From the NCBI GenBank assembly GCA_964016885.1, contig OZ024741.1, positions 102,300,001 to 102,364,000 of the forward strand: a stretch of 64,000 nucleotides of DNA, given 5' to 3'. The stretch comes from Eledone cirrhosa (taxonomy: Eukaryota). Position 1 is the stretch's first letter. Each line of letters starts with the position of its first letter. Shown here in pieces: positions 51,144-64,000 of the stretch. A model generated the notes under the pieces. It was not told where the DNA came from. It was given only the letters and a program-made list of their open reading frames with translations, and did not search any database. A program made the position numbers and the translations under genes.

Positions 51144-52292
51144 TCAGGTCACCAGTTGGTGCTACTGGTAACATGTATCCCAGTACAACCTGTCTCATGG
51201 TCGGGTCGTTGGCGACTAAACTGGCAACCCCACCAAGGTTTCTTGATGAGGAGGGTGACTTTGTACATGCTGCAGGAGTAAAACAAAACCTGTCAAAGGG
51301 CAAAAGACCTCTTAAGAGTCAATGGCCATCCAAAATCACCGGGAGAGATGACCCCTTAGCCTTTGTCAAGGCAGAATTCTAGGAGAAGGAAAACTCTGAT
51401 GTAACACCTGCAACTCTGATGGTATCCAATGATGTTGACTTGTTCTTCTTTTTGGTAAATATCATCTTGGTTAAGAGAGTGGGACTGGCTTTGTGCAGTG
51501 CCTTTCCTCACTATAAAAGCTTCACGGCACAGGCATTGCTTTATATCTGGAGATCTCTCTGCCCTTGTCGTCACATGGTACCATGGGCTAAGCACTATGT
51601 GTCAATAATTGTCACAAGTGTAGTGTCTGTACCAGAGTTTTCAAGTTGCTGGCTGGACTAAAAAGTCACACTCGTTCAGCGCATCGGTAGGGGTTCTCCT
51701 ACATGGATATAAAGTAATGGCCGTACTCGAAAACGAGTTGGCAGCCACCATGTATGTATGTATGTATGTATGTATGTATGTATGTATGTATGTATGTATG
51801 TATGTATGTATGTATGTATGTATGTACGTATGTATGTATGTATCTATCGATCTATCCATCTATTTATCTATCCCTCTATGTATGTATGTATATATATACA
51901 CATGTACATATGTATGTATATGTGTATATACATGGGTGTATGTGTGTGTATATGCGCGGGGACATAGGAATATTCGGGCTGGACACCCGATCGCGCGGTT
52001 AAACCACTGGGAGTGAAGGACATCTAGCCTTTGTCAGGGCATTCTTCTAGGAGTAAGCAGCTCAGGAAACTGGGATAACTCCAATATAAAACCTGCGGCT
52101 CAGTAGTTACCGATGATGTTGATCTTTTCTTCTTTTCGGGTTATAGCTACTGTCGCTCAGAGAGTGGGATTGGCTCAGTGCACTTTAAAAAATATCTTCA
52201 CGCACAGGCATTGCACGATATAATTAATTAATAATTATTAATAATGGTATATCGTGCAATGGCCATACTCCATAACGAGTGGGCAGCCATCA
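51144..52292 (+). mobile_element. Two related non-autonomous RTE-derived retroelements (51144-51750 and ~51955-52292), each ending in (ATGT)n
   Basis: Shared tagcctttgtca.ggca..ttctaggag motif resembling RTE 5' UTRs (ctaggagaaggaaaactctga) and shared 3' end aatggcc.tactc...aacgagt.ggcagcca.c(atgt)n. Confidence 0.6.
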
Positions 52293-52366
52293 TGTATGTA
52301 TGTATGTATGTATGTATGTATGTATGTATGTATGTATGTATGTATGTATGTATGTATGTATGTATG

Positions 52367-52405
<39 letters not shown>

Positions 52406-52419
52406 TTATCTATTTCTGT

Positions 52420-53035
52420 ACGCAATTGTTCAGTGCCCAGGGGTGATCGACCTGTGGAATTATGTCGAACAGCTACTGCCACGTGTGAGACACATCCAAT
52501 TGTCAGCTGAGTCCATCGTGAGAATCACCCCACCGCCTTCATTTAAGAATGAAGGAGAGGCAGTTTTCCTCTGTCTGGTGGCTATGGCTATGGCGGACGA
52601 CGTTGAAAGGACTGAGGGCAAACACCTTCCGCCCCGGACAATAACTCACCCCCTTCTTTAAATGCGACTTCAGAAGGAAGGTGAGAGTGGAGAGAGAGGT
52701 GCTACACCCCTGTAAATTCGCTGAAATGTGGGTGAATGTGGCGAAAATGGCTCGAGTGAATGGGCCTTCTCTGTATTTAAATGTGTAGCTTGAGGAAGAC
52801 AAAAGAGGGAAGACGGGAACGCCTACAAAACGTGCTCCCGGTGTTGATGGTTGTTCTATCTACGGGATGTAAAACAACCCCGCAGTAAGGTTCCCCCTTA
52901 TTGGTGATTTCGATTGTTATTTAATTTTAATAAATACTTTATTCTAATTTATTAATGTTCTAGTTAACACAATTTTCATGTAAAACCCCGCCGTGTAATG
53001 TCCAATTTCTTGTACGCCCTTGTGGCAAATAAAGA
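52420..53035 (+). mobile_element. Tx1 3' fragment
   Basis: DLWNYVEQLL...LSAESIVRITPPPSF matches copy 3. Ends ccttgtggcaaataaaga, like copy 1 (ccttgtggttaataaaga). Confidence 0.8.
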
Positions 53036-53074
53036 TATCTATATATCCATGTGTTTGTCTTGTTTATTCTTGAG

Positions 53075-53109
<35 letters not shown>

Positions 53110-53110
<1 letters not shown>

Positions 53111-54120
53111 AATTAATAAAAACAAAGAACAAGTTCCTTATATTAAAAAATTCATGCCGTCCTCAGAAATGATGAGATGTGTTTATTGAAAAAAGTGTCT
53201 GTTTGGGAACAGGTTTTGAATTGACCAATAGAAATGAGTTAGAGGTCAAGTTGATAGAATAACAGTAGAAGAAATTAAATCTAGGAGTGGAGGAGGAGAG
53301 AGATGGGGGTTAAATTGAGGCCAAGTCAAGAAGATAGTGAAGTGTACACGAAAATTTGATGTTATTAAAGATTATTGTTAAAAACGAATGAAAAAAAATT
53401 GGGGATAAGGGCATTAGTGGAAATACTAATCTTATTTAAACTACAAGGAATCTAAATACAAACAGAAAATTAAATTAATTGATAGGTATATTTATAGGGA
53501 TAAAATTTTATTAATTCATATGAATGTGATAAATAGAGAAGTAAAAAATTAAAGCAATAAAATAATATATATGGAAAAACTGAGATAGATAAACATTTTT
53601 ATAAAGAATATTGTATCTATACGGACATTGATGATATTAAAGATATTAATTATAATTAAAAATCATAGGTATTAATTGTGATAAATAGGGGATGCGATTA
53701 AATGAAGTAGTGAGGTTAAAAATAATTTTAGGAAAAGGGAGCTTTAAGTGGGAGATAAAATTATGAAATTCTTTGTAGTAAAATACTAATTATAGGTTAA
53801 CTAAAATAAAGAAATCAATTAAAATAATTTGTAAAATATAAGAGTAAGGTATATAGTAATTAAGTTTATAATATTTGAAGGTTTTTCTAATTCTATGATT
53901 GCAAGATATTATTAATTCCTGTCGCTTATTTAATAGGATATCCTTAGATTTCATGATTTCAAAAAGTTCTTGGGAGCATAACCTACACTCGTATCTGCTA
54001 TTTTGATAAGGGGTGGCCCTTTTAAGCACGCTCCAGGTCAGGTTGTAAACAATGTTCTTCTGTACAGATTAAAGTTTAAGCAAAGAATCGCTGCTTTCTT
54101 CCTTTTACGGGATCTTCACA
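53110..54120 (-). mobile_element. Penelope-like element 3' end (GIY-YIG C-terminus, UTR and a deleted HHR)
   Basis: W..LKRATPY...CRLCSQE...I...LLNKRQELIISCNH (53790-54040). The UTR is homologous to 62190-63040; tcatcattt-CTGAGGA is kept but the rest of the HHR is deleted. Confidence 0.8.
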
Positions 54121-54215
54121 TTTAGACTTCACATTTATTATATATATATATGTTTATCCCGGGTTCAATCGTGGGTAGACAGTAAGTAAGGTATAAATAT
54201 TTAATATAGAAATGG

Positions 54216-54271
<56 letters not shown>

Positions 54272-56164
54272 ATGTATGTATAGTATATTTGGCAATATAC
54301 CGTATGTTTAATTAAAAACATTTAGAAGACCATTCGCTATCAGTTTTAAAGTAGTGACTATGTCACTTACTTATTCTCAGCAAAGGTAGGGAAAGAGGCT
54401 AGTTTTAATAAACGTCAAACGGCGAGAAACAGACTGTCAGCCTCTCTCCTCCAAAATGTTCTGTATAATGAGATATCCCAGATACGCAACCGATGCAGCG
54501 AGGGTAGAGACAGCCATACCAACACGGTAAAATTCCAAAGAGTTCTATCCGAAAACAGCTACCCTCTCACCAAATGCCGAAATGCCAAGGCAGCAGCAAA
54601 CAATACATTGCGGTCATCACGGAGGTGAGTGAAATACGGGTAATTTAAGAATTAAGGAAACTTTTTCATCAGACGATTAAAGCCAGAAACATATCATAGG
54701 TCAGAAAGGCACAAAAAAGAATAGTTACTATAGCAACCCCACGTATGTGCATACATTTTCCCAAAATATAGGACCAGTTAGAGAAGAAAAACTCTAATCG
54801 TTCGTTCGTTTTGTTTTGGACTGTTTCAGCTTCGCATCTGTAAAGGGCGTTTTAGCTCTGTAATATCATGCCATAATACACTGGGTAAAACATTACTTTA
54901 CTTTGTTTTGTTTTATTCACCATCATTTGCCCTTCGTATTTTCTACCGCATTGTACCGTTTAAAAAAACAAACTTATAGGTCATTTACTATATATCTCAC
55001 ACGCACACACACACACACACACACGCACGCACACACACACACGCACAGACATATATATATATATATATACTTGGATACCGTGTACCTCTACAGAATTCAC
55101 TACTATGTGGCGATTTATACATTTGAATTCATTCAATAATTAATACGAACTACATATTCTGGAATCTTTCAAAGGAAACTTATTCATAATAATAAGTAAC
55201 ACAATATAATGCAAATATATCTCAGATGTATAATGAGGAATACGTATTTTGTTTATTCTTCTGGGTGATATATGACTTTATTAATAAGCTGTTTATCATT
55301 TCACGAATGAAGAATAACAATAGGGGTAGCATTTAAAATAAATTGCAGCAGTTTCCGACACATGAAACACAAATCTCCTCTTAATCGGATTCTTGCCACT
55401 TAGATGTAACCAACCTTTACAAATCGGATCTTTTGTATGTGATTGGCTAAGCTTAAATATAAAAATAAACTACTTGTCCAGAGACACTTGACACAATTTA
55501 TATCCAGAACAATGTGCAGAATATAAATATCTTACAATGTAAAACAAACTGAGATATGTAACGCCGCTATGAGATGAGTTAGCTCTAATCATAGCATGGT
55601 ATATAACTTTACTTCTCTTCAGTCGAACATTCCGCCGTTTAATAATGAGTAGCGAATCTGTGTCATTTATCCAACTTTCTTTCCATTTCATTTGTCCAAC
55701 CACTTTAAGATCTTTTCTTGTTCTCAAACCATGTTTCCATTTATTGATATAATGTAATTATTAGAACCATTGGTAAAATTCACTTAATGTCCTGCAAATA
55801 GTAGCAACAATTCCTTACACTTTCTGTAGAACTAAAAGAAGGTAATATCATCCTCGGTTTGTCCGAAAAAAGAAACAAGATAGGAACAATTGGAACGTCT
55901 TTGATTACAAGTTCGTGCGATGAGGGAGGATCTGACGCTTCAAGGAAACAACAACTGACACTATAAAATCATTCAACTGCTAGTCACATTGGATAATATC
56001 CCTGATAAAAAACTAGAATGTACTTGGCTGAAGAGATGTGGGTAAAGAAAAAACTGATGCAATTCTTCCTTGGAAATAATTATAAGCATTATAATAATTA
56101 TTATTGAAGGTTTGCAGAGTGAAACTGAAAATTATGGGGTCTTCTATAATAATAATTCTTTTAA

Positions 56165-56370
56165 ATATTGGCACAATGCCAACACATTTGTGGAAGTGAA
56201 AAGACGATTATATTGACACTAGGACTTCACTGGTACTATATTTTATCGTCTCCGTAAGAAAGAAAGGCGAAATCGTCTCCGGTGGGATTTGAACTCAGAT
56301 CGTAAACACCCGAAACAGAACAAATACCGGAAAACAGTTTGTCCAATACTTTAACGATTCTGCCAATCTA
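56165..56370 (-). mobile_element. Diverged SINE family A
   Basis: ctggtacta.attttatcg...aaaggc...ggatttgaactcaga. Confidence 0.7.
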
Positions 56371-56700
56371 TCAGCTTTATGCGATAAGTATACGATAACG
56401 ATTTTGCGTTTCTTCAACTAAGTTAATGTTAAGATACTAGAGATGTGACTTCGACGTGTCAATAATCTGGGAATTTTCTAAAGAATGGGCATACTTATGA
56501 AGGAAGCTACGTGTAATAGAAGATAATAGATTTACAGAAACAAATGACCATGTCTAACAGAACTGATAGCTTTCTCAGTCTCCTTACCTTTTCACACATG
56601 TGGATGTCAACTGAAATATTCTCATCCATGGTAGTGATAATATGTGAATCCTAGACGCAATTAAGAATGTCGTGCTGCATCTACCCGATTTCGCGTTCAA

Positions 56701-56751
<51 letters not shown>

Positions 56752-57428
56752 CGTTTCTGAATTTGTTTAGCAAGATTCTTTATCTGAAATCGTGTGTTGA
56801 AACCGATATTGTTATACTTTGGGAGGGTCATGTTGTAAATTTATAAATTTATAAATATATAATAAATTGAAGTGCAAGCAACTGGTGCGTGTGTTTCTTA
56901 TTGGCAACATGACCCTCCCAAAGTATAACAATATATATATATATATATATGATTAAAAGGCGAAATTCATCGAATAGAACGGACACAGCTTCGGTCCTTT
57001 TCTCACTCACTTAATAATCTAATTAAGTCCGTATTATTAAAATTCAAACCCAATTGATCAGAGAGCACACGTAGGTTGATCAGTGAGGAATACAACTTCA
57101 TGTGGGTAAGATAATTGAGATACCCTGAGCTATGCATCAGTTTATACGGTTTCGATCTATACATCAGTGTGTGTGTGTGTGTGTGTGTACGCACGTGCAC
57201 GTTCGTGTGCATGTGCTCGTGTGCGTGCGCCGTGAATGAAAAGTCCTCCGTCAGCTTTAACGATGAGTCTTCTAATTATTCTATCAATGGAACAACCTGC
57301 TCATAAAATTAACAGAGCATTCCACCGACACGAGTGCCCTTACTGCCTTATTCAGTGGGATTAAGAGCTGTTCTGTAGCTGGTGGTGGATATCGCATGTG
57401 GTGGATAATGATACGGCAACCAAATATA

Positions 57429-57608
57429 ATTGTTTCTACTTTTGGCACAAGGCCAGCAATTACAGTGCATTACTGGTACTTTATTTTATCGACCCCGTAA
57501 GGATGAAAGGCAAAGTTAACTTCGGCGGGATTTGAACTCAGATTGGAAAGGGCCGTAACTCTATGCATCAAAGTATGGCATCCGACCCTCTACCGATACT
57601 GCCAGTCC
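57429..57608 (-). mobile_element. SINE family A with TSD caaatataat
   Basis: Consensus match; duplication at 57421 and 57608. Confidence 0.85.
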
Positions 57609-57614
57609 AAATAT

Positions 57615-58358
57615 AATGCAATATAGTTGGGCTCATGGCAGACGAATAAGAAATCTGGGGCCAAACAGTGGCAACCAGTTAGAGGAGATAGAGCAATACA
57701 CTCTGCATATGAATAGAGTTCCACTGAAGTTGATGGAGAAGTTCAAGTATGAATACACGGGGCCGTTTTCATCAGTGATGGTGGATAGGAGGATTAACTA
57801 AATGCAAGATCTGCTAGAGCTGGTGCAGTAATGTGCCTGCTTCAGTATCCAGTCATCAGTGGTGTAAAAGTCAAAATTGTTATTTTCAATTCTGTGTTCG
57901 TGACTATCATTACCTATTGTCAGGGATCTTGGGTAATGACCGAAAGAGTACAATCGCAAACACAAGCAACTGAAATGGTGACCTGCCCTCGAAGAGTCTT
58001 TGGAGTAACATTACTCGATAGAATGCGTAGCTCGATCAGAGAGTTGCTCCAGGTAGAGCCGCTACTTCTCCGAATCGAGAGATCGCAGCTCTTGTACAAG
58101 GAAAAAATCGCTGGACAGATTTTACGGGCAAAGCCAACGAGAAGGAGACCAGAAGTAGATCAGGAGCAAGATGATCAGATATGATCCATAACCTCGGTTG
58201 GTCTCTCGCTGGGGGAACCAACCAGATTATTTAGTGACGTTTGATTCAGATGTAGACCCTCTAGAAGGGATTTCTGAGGACTCTGCTCTGATATCACTCT
58301 CAAGAAGAAGAAGAAGAAGAAGAAGAAGAAGAAGAAGAAGAAGAAGAAGAAGAAGAAG
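57615..58358 (+). mobile_element. Old RTE-clade LINE 3' fragment with a (GAA)n tail
   Basis: EKFKY; ITYCQGSWVMTERVQSQTQATEM...RRVFGVTLLDRMRS.IRELLQVEPLLLRIERSQL; (GAA)n at 58303-58358. Confidence 0.75.
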
Positions 58359-58759
58359 ATAACGACGACGTTGATTTAGCGAGAAGCCGTGTAACAAAAT
58401 CGAACCTTTGAATTAAACATACTGTCCATTCGAAGGTCTTGCAGACACATTCTCTTCAACCCAATTTTACTCAAAATTCTTGCTTAAGATGCTATTAAGT
58501 GACATCAAATCGCTTACATCAAATGTGACCGAACCTGGAATTACTGGTTTGCCAAAGAACTTAACCACTTAATAACGCAGTCACGACGATGCCTGCATCA
58601 TTACTTATTAAATAATACGAAGTCGATTGTTTGACGACGAAGTAACCTGAAGTTAATGCATGAATTATTGTGTCTACAATACATAATACCTACATACATA
58701 CACATATACGCGCATACATACATGCATGCAATCTCTCACACACACACACACATATACAC

Positions 58760-58863
<104 letters not shown>

Positions 58864-58963
58864 GTGTATATACGTGTTCATAGATGTCCACTCACACGCA
58901 CACGAAAGAGGCATATAAATACATAGATACAAACACACAAACACAGACACATATTTATGTGCA

Positions 58964-59028
<65 letters not shown>

Positions 59029-59031
59029 GTG

Positions 59032-59169
<138 letters not shown>

Positions 59170-59838
59170 TATATATACAGTGTTAATTCATTTGCCATGT
59201 GTTAAACAAATACTTCCATAACTATTTATCTATCAAATCGATTTGGTACGCCATTCATAAAAGCTTTAAAGAGCTTATACACCGTACAGCAGACATCAAA
59301 CATCATACATCATTCATTCTTTGTTTCCATATTTTTTACTCCTACTTCCTCCACATTCTTTTAATATTTCCACTTCCCAGCTTCCATAGCGCCCATAGCA
59401 CAGTCACTGAATAAATAAGACGATAATGTTGCATATTATTTGATTAAATACATGCAAATACGCATGCATACTTATATACACCTCCATACACAAATACACA
59501 TACCATACCACAATCTGTTTAGGTATGCAAGCATGTATGTATGTATGTATGTATGTATGTATGTATGTATGTATGTATGTATGTACGTATGTATGTATGT
59601 ATGTATGAATGCATCTTTGGCTGTATGTATGTATGTATGTATGTATGTATGTATGTATGTATGTATGGATAGATATACATCCCTGTAATACACACACATA
59701 TACATAAATATGTATGTATGTGCATATATATATATATAACGAAGGAAATGTGGTAAGGAACCAGGTAGACCATAACGCACCAAAGCTCAGCCGTCGGGGT
59801 CCTACTCGTTCCTATATATATATATATATATATATATA

Positions 59839-60425
59839 ACGGAAAAAATGAAACGAAATTTCATTTCCCACTTTTAGTAGGGCTGTTACTTAAATATAAG
59901 TATGTATACGTACATACATATATGTATACAGACGTACAGTAGTATGTATATATATATACATGCACACATATATATATGTACGTATGGATTCACCAAACAT
60001 TTATTATAATGTTCGGTGTGTTTGTAAACAAACATCCCGTATTGTCTAGCAACCACCGTTGCTTGTTTGTTCAACACTGACAAAGGAACGCTGTACTAGT
60101 TTCAAGCTTGTTAGCTATCGTCAGCAACGTATACCTTCCTGCCAGATAGTTGAACGTCCGAAAGTATATACTTTCCTTATGCATCTTAACGGCTGAGTAG
60201 CCCAATTTGCATATCGAGTGGGTTAATCGGCCGGGTGCACCGAAAACGATAAACGGAAAAAATGAAACAAAATTTCATTTCCCACTCTTAGTACGGCTGT
60301 TACTTAAATATAAGTATGTAAACGTACATACATATATGTATACAGACGTACAGTAGTATGTATATATACATACATGCACACATATATATATGTACGTATG
60401 GATTCACCAAACATTTATTATAATG
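59839..60425 (-). mobile_element. Retrozyme/PLE-like element: 414-nt period, ~170-bp terminal redundancy, one HHR; relative at 33318-33675
   Basis: acggaaaaaatgaaac...caaacatttattataatg at 59839 and 60253. Confidence 0.7.
60088..60130 (-). ncRNA. Type-I minimal hammerhead ribozyme
   Basis: ACGTTG-CTGACGA-TAGCT AACA AGCTT-GAAAC-TA-GTA-CAGCGT; 6-bp helix I, palindromic helix III (ACTAGT). Confidence 0.8.
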
Positions 60426-61578
60426 CACTACAGTGGATCAAATGTTTCCTGACAGGCAGAACCCAGCATATTGTAGTCGAAGGAGTAAAATCAAGCCCAG
60501 CCAAAGTCAGCAGTGGCGTCCCACAAGGCACTGTGTTGGGCCCACTTCTTTTCATCATCTACATTAATGACATTACTGACATCATTAAACGCAGTAACAT
60601 CAGAATCTTCGCAGATAATTCCAAGCTCCAAAGGGTCATCAATGAGGTGGGTGACCAGACTTGCCTTCATTCAGACATACTGGCTGTTATCCAATGGGCA
60701 GAGATGAATAATATGCTGTTGAATGAGGATAAATTTGAACTAATCCACTTTGGAAAAAAGGATGCCCTGAAACTACCATACTCTCTTCCTTCGGGTGAAA
60801 CTCTAGTGGCTTCCAATAACATCAGAGACCTGGGAGTAATTGTGGACAACAATATAAGGTGGGCCACTCATATAAACAGCAACGTTGATATGGCCCGCAG
60901 AATGTGTTCCTGGATTCTCAGAACTTTCCAGTCGAGAGATTTCCACACTGTTGTCCTTCTCTTCTCCACTTTTGCCCGACCCCACCTTGAATACTGTTGT
61001 CCACTGTGGTCACCCCACACGAAACAAAGTATCATGAAAGTTGAAGCACCCCAAAGGTCAATTACAAAAAAGATAGTTGGCATGACAGGACTTGACTATT
61101 GGTGTCGTTTAGAAAAGCTCAAACTGTATTCTCTTCAACGTCGCCGTGAGCGCTACATTATCTGTATGATGTGGAAAATATTCCATCAGCTTATCCCAAA
61201 TGATGTTGGCATCGCCTTTAGTGTACACCAAAGGCTTGGGCCCCGTGCTATCCGCCCACGACAAAAATCCCACTCGCATCACATAACAACAATACGGCAC
61301 AATTATTTCACCTCAATTGGCACTGCACTCTTTAACATTACACCAAAACACATCAAATCTGAGACAGACCCCATCAAGTTCAAGAAGTCTTTGGATAAAT
61401 TCCTTCAAGAAATCCCGGATAAGCCTCCTATACCCGGATATGCCTCCGTAAACAATAACTCTTTGCTCGAGTGGGCCATGGTGCCCAAACACTGATTTGT
61501 AAGACTTCGCCAGGTGGTACTATTAAGTTAGACATGGCCTGGGCCAATACTGGCCGAAACCTATCAAAGTTATCAAAG

Positions 61579-61580
<2 letters not shown>
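60426..61580 (+). mobile_element. 5'-truncated CR1-group LINE (open RT C-terminal half)
   Basis: LQWIKCFLTGRTQ...SGVPQGTVLGPLLFIIYINDI...FADNSK...DLGV...RPHLEYC...WSP...SLQRRRER. Ends in a tatcaaagt repeat followed by (TA)n. Confidence 0.9.
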
Positions 61581-61624
<44 letters not shown>

Positions 61625-61833
61625 ATTATTATTATACTTGGGGAGGGTCATATTTGTGTAATATTGCCAGAATTAATAACAGATCACACTCACTGTTTGG
61701 TTGGTTTTCGCTTTTCGCTTCTGTGTCTTTTATATCGGTAATCTAATTTACTCGGTCCTCAATGTTGCCATTGACTGACCAACGGTCAAAAATAATACAG
61801 ATACAATATAGACACAAACACATATATATAGTT

Positions 61834-61877
61834 TATCATAAATCTTTCGTTGCACATCTGCAACATCGTCAGTGGTG
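61834..61877 (-). ncRNA. Hammerhead motif, second copy of the 37745 family
   Basis: CACCA-CTGACGA-T-GTTGCA GATG TGCAAC-GAAA-GATT-TA-TGATA. Confidence 0.7.
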
Positions 61878-62172
61878 CTATTGTTTCCTCCCGTTGCATT
61901 GTATGTCTACGCCATTTTTATTTAGTCTGTCTATATATTTATTTATTTATTTGCTTGTTTGTTTATTTTATTTTGTCTTCTTTGCGCATGCGTTTGCGTG
62001 TGTGTATAGTGTTTTGTTTGATGTGTGTTCGTGATTGGGTGACTAGTGTGTGTTTATGTGTTTGTTGTTATTGTGCTTGTGTATGTATTTATTTATTTAT
62101 TTATCTATTTATTTACTTATTTATACTTCTCTTAGGTCAGTGTTGTTTGTTTGGGTGTTGTTGTTATTCCAT

Positions 62173-62214
<42 letters not shown>

Positions 62215-62856
62215 CTTCATAATTTTATTTCCCCTTTACAGCTATCTTTTCCTAAAATTAATACCTATAAGTATACATATAAACTATTTTAATTTCCTGT
62301 TATGGATCTAAATTACTTGTAATCTATATAAGTTTGTTATTTCTCACTAATACATTTATCCCCCCCCCCCAAAAAAATTTTTTTCCATTGTTTTTAACAA
62401 CATTCTTTAATAACATCTAACGCTTATTTATCACATCTATATGAATTAATATAAATTTATCCCTATAAGTATACATATCAATTAAATTAATTTAATTTCT
62501 TTTTATAGATCTAAATTCCTTATGTTTTTAATAAGATTGGTATTTCTCACGAACACATTTATCCTAAAATTTTATTCTCCTTCGATTTTAACATTAGCAT
62601 TATTCTTTAATAACATCAAAGTTTCGTGTACCTTTCACCGGCTTGACCTCTTTTCATCCCCAAAGTAATATTTTCATTTAAAGTATTATTTCCATTCAAA
62701 ACTGAAGTCTTCATTCCTCTACCCCTAAATTAAATTTATACTACTACTATTCTATCAACTTGACCACTTACTAGTCTTCTATTGGTCAATTCAAAACCTG
62801 TTCCCAAACAGACTTATTATATTAAATCTTTGTTGGTGTTTTTCAATAAACAAATA

Positions 62857-62994
62857 TCATTATTTCTGAAGACAGCATATATATGTGTAGGTATGTATAT
62901 TCCCTCTGATAGTTTGTAAAATTTTTACATAGATCTATATGATATACATACCAACACACACATATATATCCTAGAAACGATCGTAAAATGATGA
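62857..62994 (+). ncRNA. Type-I hammerhead motif with a ~100-nt helix-II insertion, in a PLE 3' UTR (62190-63075)
   Basis: TCATTATTT-CTGAAGA-(~100 nt)-GAAAC-GATC-GTA-AAATGATGA; 9-bp helix I, palindromic helix III (ACGATCGT). Confidence 0.7.
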
Positions 62995-63316
62995 ATTTTT
63001 TAATATAAGGAACTGTTTCTTTGTTTTTATTCACTGTTCTTATTAATTTATCTTGACTCTGTTTTCCTGTGATTTTCATCGAAAAAATATTTGAATAGAT
63101 CTTTTCTTTTCATGATATTTGGATTATATTGAGTTCTTCATACGGATTGGACACTACCGTATATTTTGGTAGATTTATCTATCTATCTATATATATATAT
63201 AGATTTTGAGTTTATGTAGTGAAATAACAACCCAACCAGGAACTGGGCATATCAGAGTATTGACAATATTATACACCTCAACAACATATGTACTTGTCTA
63301 TACCATACTAATTCAA

Positions 63317-63371
63317 ACTGCCTGAAGAGGTCATAGCCAAAGATGGCTGTCACTGAAATATATATAGCAGT
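63317..63371 (+). ncRNA. Type-I hammerhead ribozyme
   Basis: ACTGC-CTGAAGA-GGTCATAGCC AAAGAT GGCTGTCACT-GAAA-TATATA-TA-GCAGT, immediately followed by AATAAA; element flanked by (TA)n. Confidence 0.8.
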
Positions 63372-63416
63372 AATAAACGAAGCTAAATTTTAATCATTTG
63401 ACTTTTTATTTAATTT

Positions 63417-63483
<67 letters not shown>

Positions 63484-63724
63484 TAAATTAGCGAGAATCG
63501 TATTTCGGCTTTGGAATTAGCGAAAAACAACTTTCGAGATGTGTGGCAAGCGCTCAATAATTCTGACGAACTAGAGCTACAACATACGTTAAAGGCCAAA
63601 CACACTGAGACGATGGTTAAACCGTCATCCGCACAGCCATAGAAACGACCAAGTAATTCGGGTCAAACAAATAAAAAAATATGTGATATATATATATCTT
63701 TATATATATATATATCACAATGTA

Positions 63725-63805
<81 letters not shown>

Positions 63806-63853
63806 GTATATATATATATATGTATATATATAGGTATATGTATATATATGTAA

Positions 63854-63884
<31 letters not shown>

Positions 63885-63891
63885 TATATAA

Positions 63892-63968
<77 letters not shown>

Positions 63969-64000
63969 TCTAACTTGTGATCTTTCAGGGTGAGGAACTC

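Noticed and set aside
55470-55797. Possible host exon on the minus strand (ttgcag acceptor, 85-codon ORF)
   Set aside because: All three frames after the acceptor hit stops and no domain is recognisable; RNA-seq or BLASTx would be needed.

Overview
Repeat-dense, AT-rich eukaryotic DNA with no recognisable host gene. The tRNA-derived SINE family and the (TA)n/(CA)n load suggest a cephalopod such as Octopus (inference from recall, not a search). Positions 1-15 kb form a stack of decayed non-LTR retrotransposons: three Tx1/L1-clade copies, two R4/Dong-type copies in (TAA)n, and a CRE-like fragment nested in one Dong copy. From 15 to 64 kb, microsatellites are interspersed with SINEs, two non-autonomous Helitrons, RTE/CR1/Tx1/Dong fragments and two Penelope-like (PLE) GIY-YIG remnants. 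The strongest signal is invisible in the ORF track: at least 12 type-I hammerhead ribozyme (HHR) motifs, read by eye, sit in short non-coding elements mostly flanked by (TA)n. Several of these elements have terminal direct redundancy (317, 414, 754 and 992 nt periods) or inverted arms, non-canonical cores (U3-A8), or 50-100 nt helix-II insertions. Together they look like a diverse set of PLE-derived, retrozyme-like mobile RNAs. All coordinates were read manually and may be off by a few bases; no folding or database search was run.
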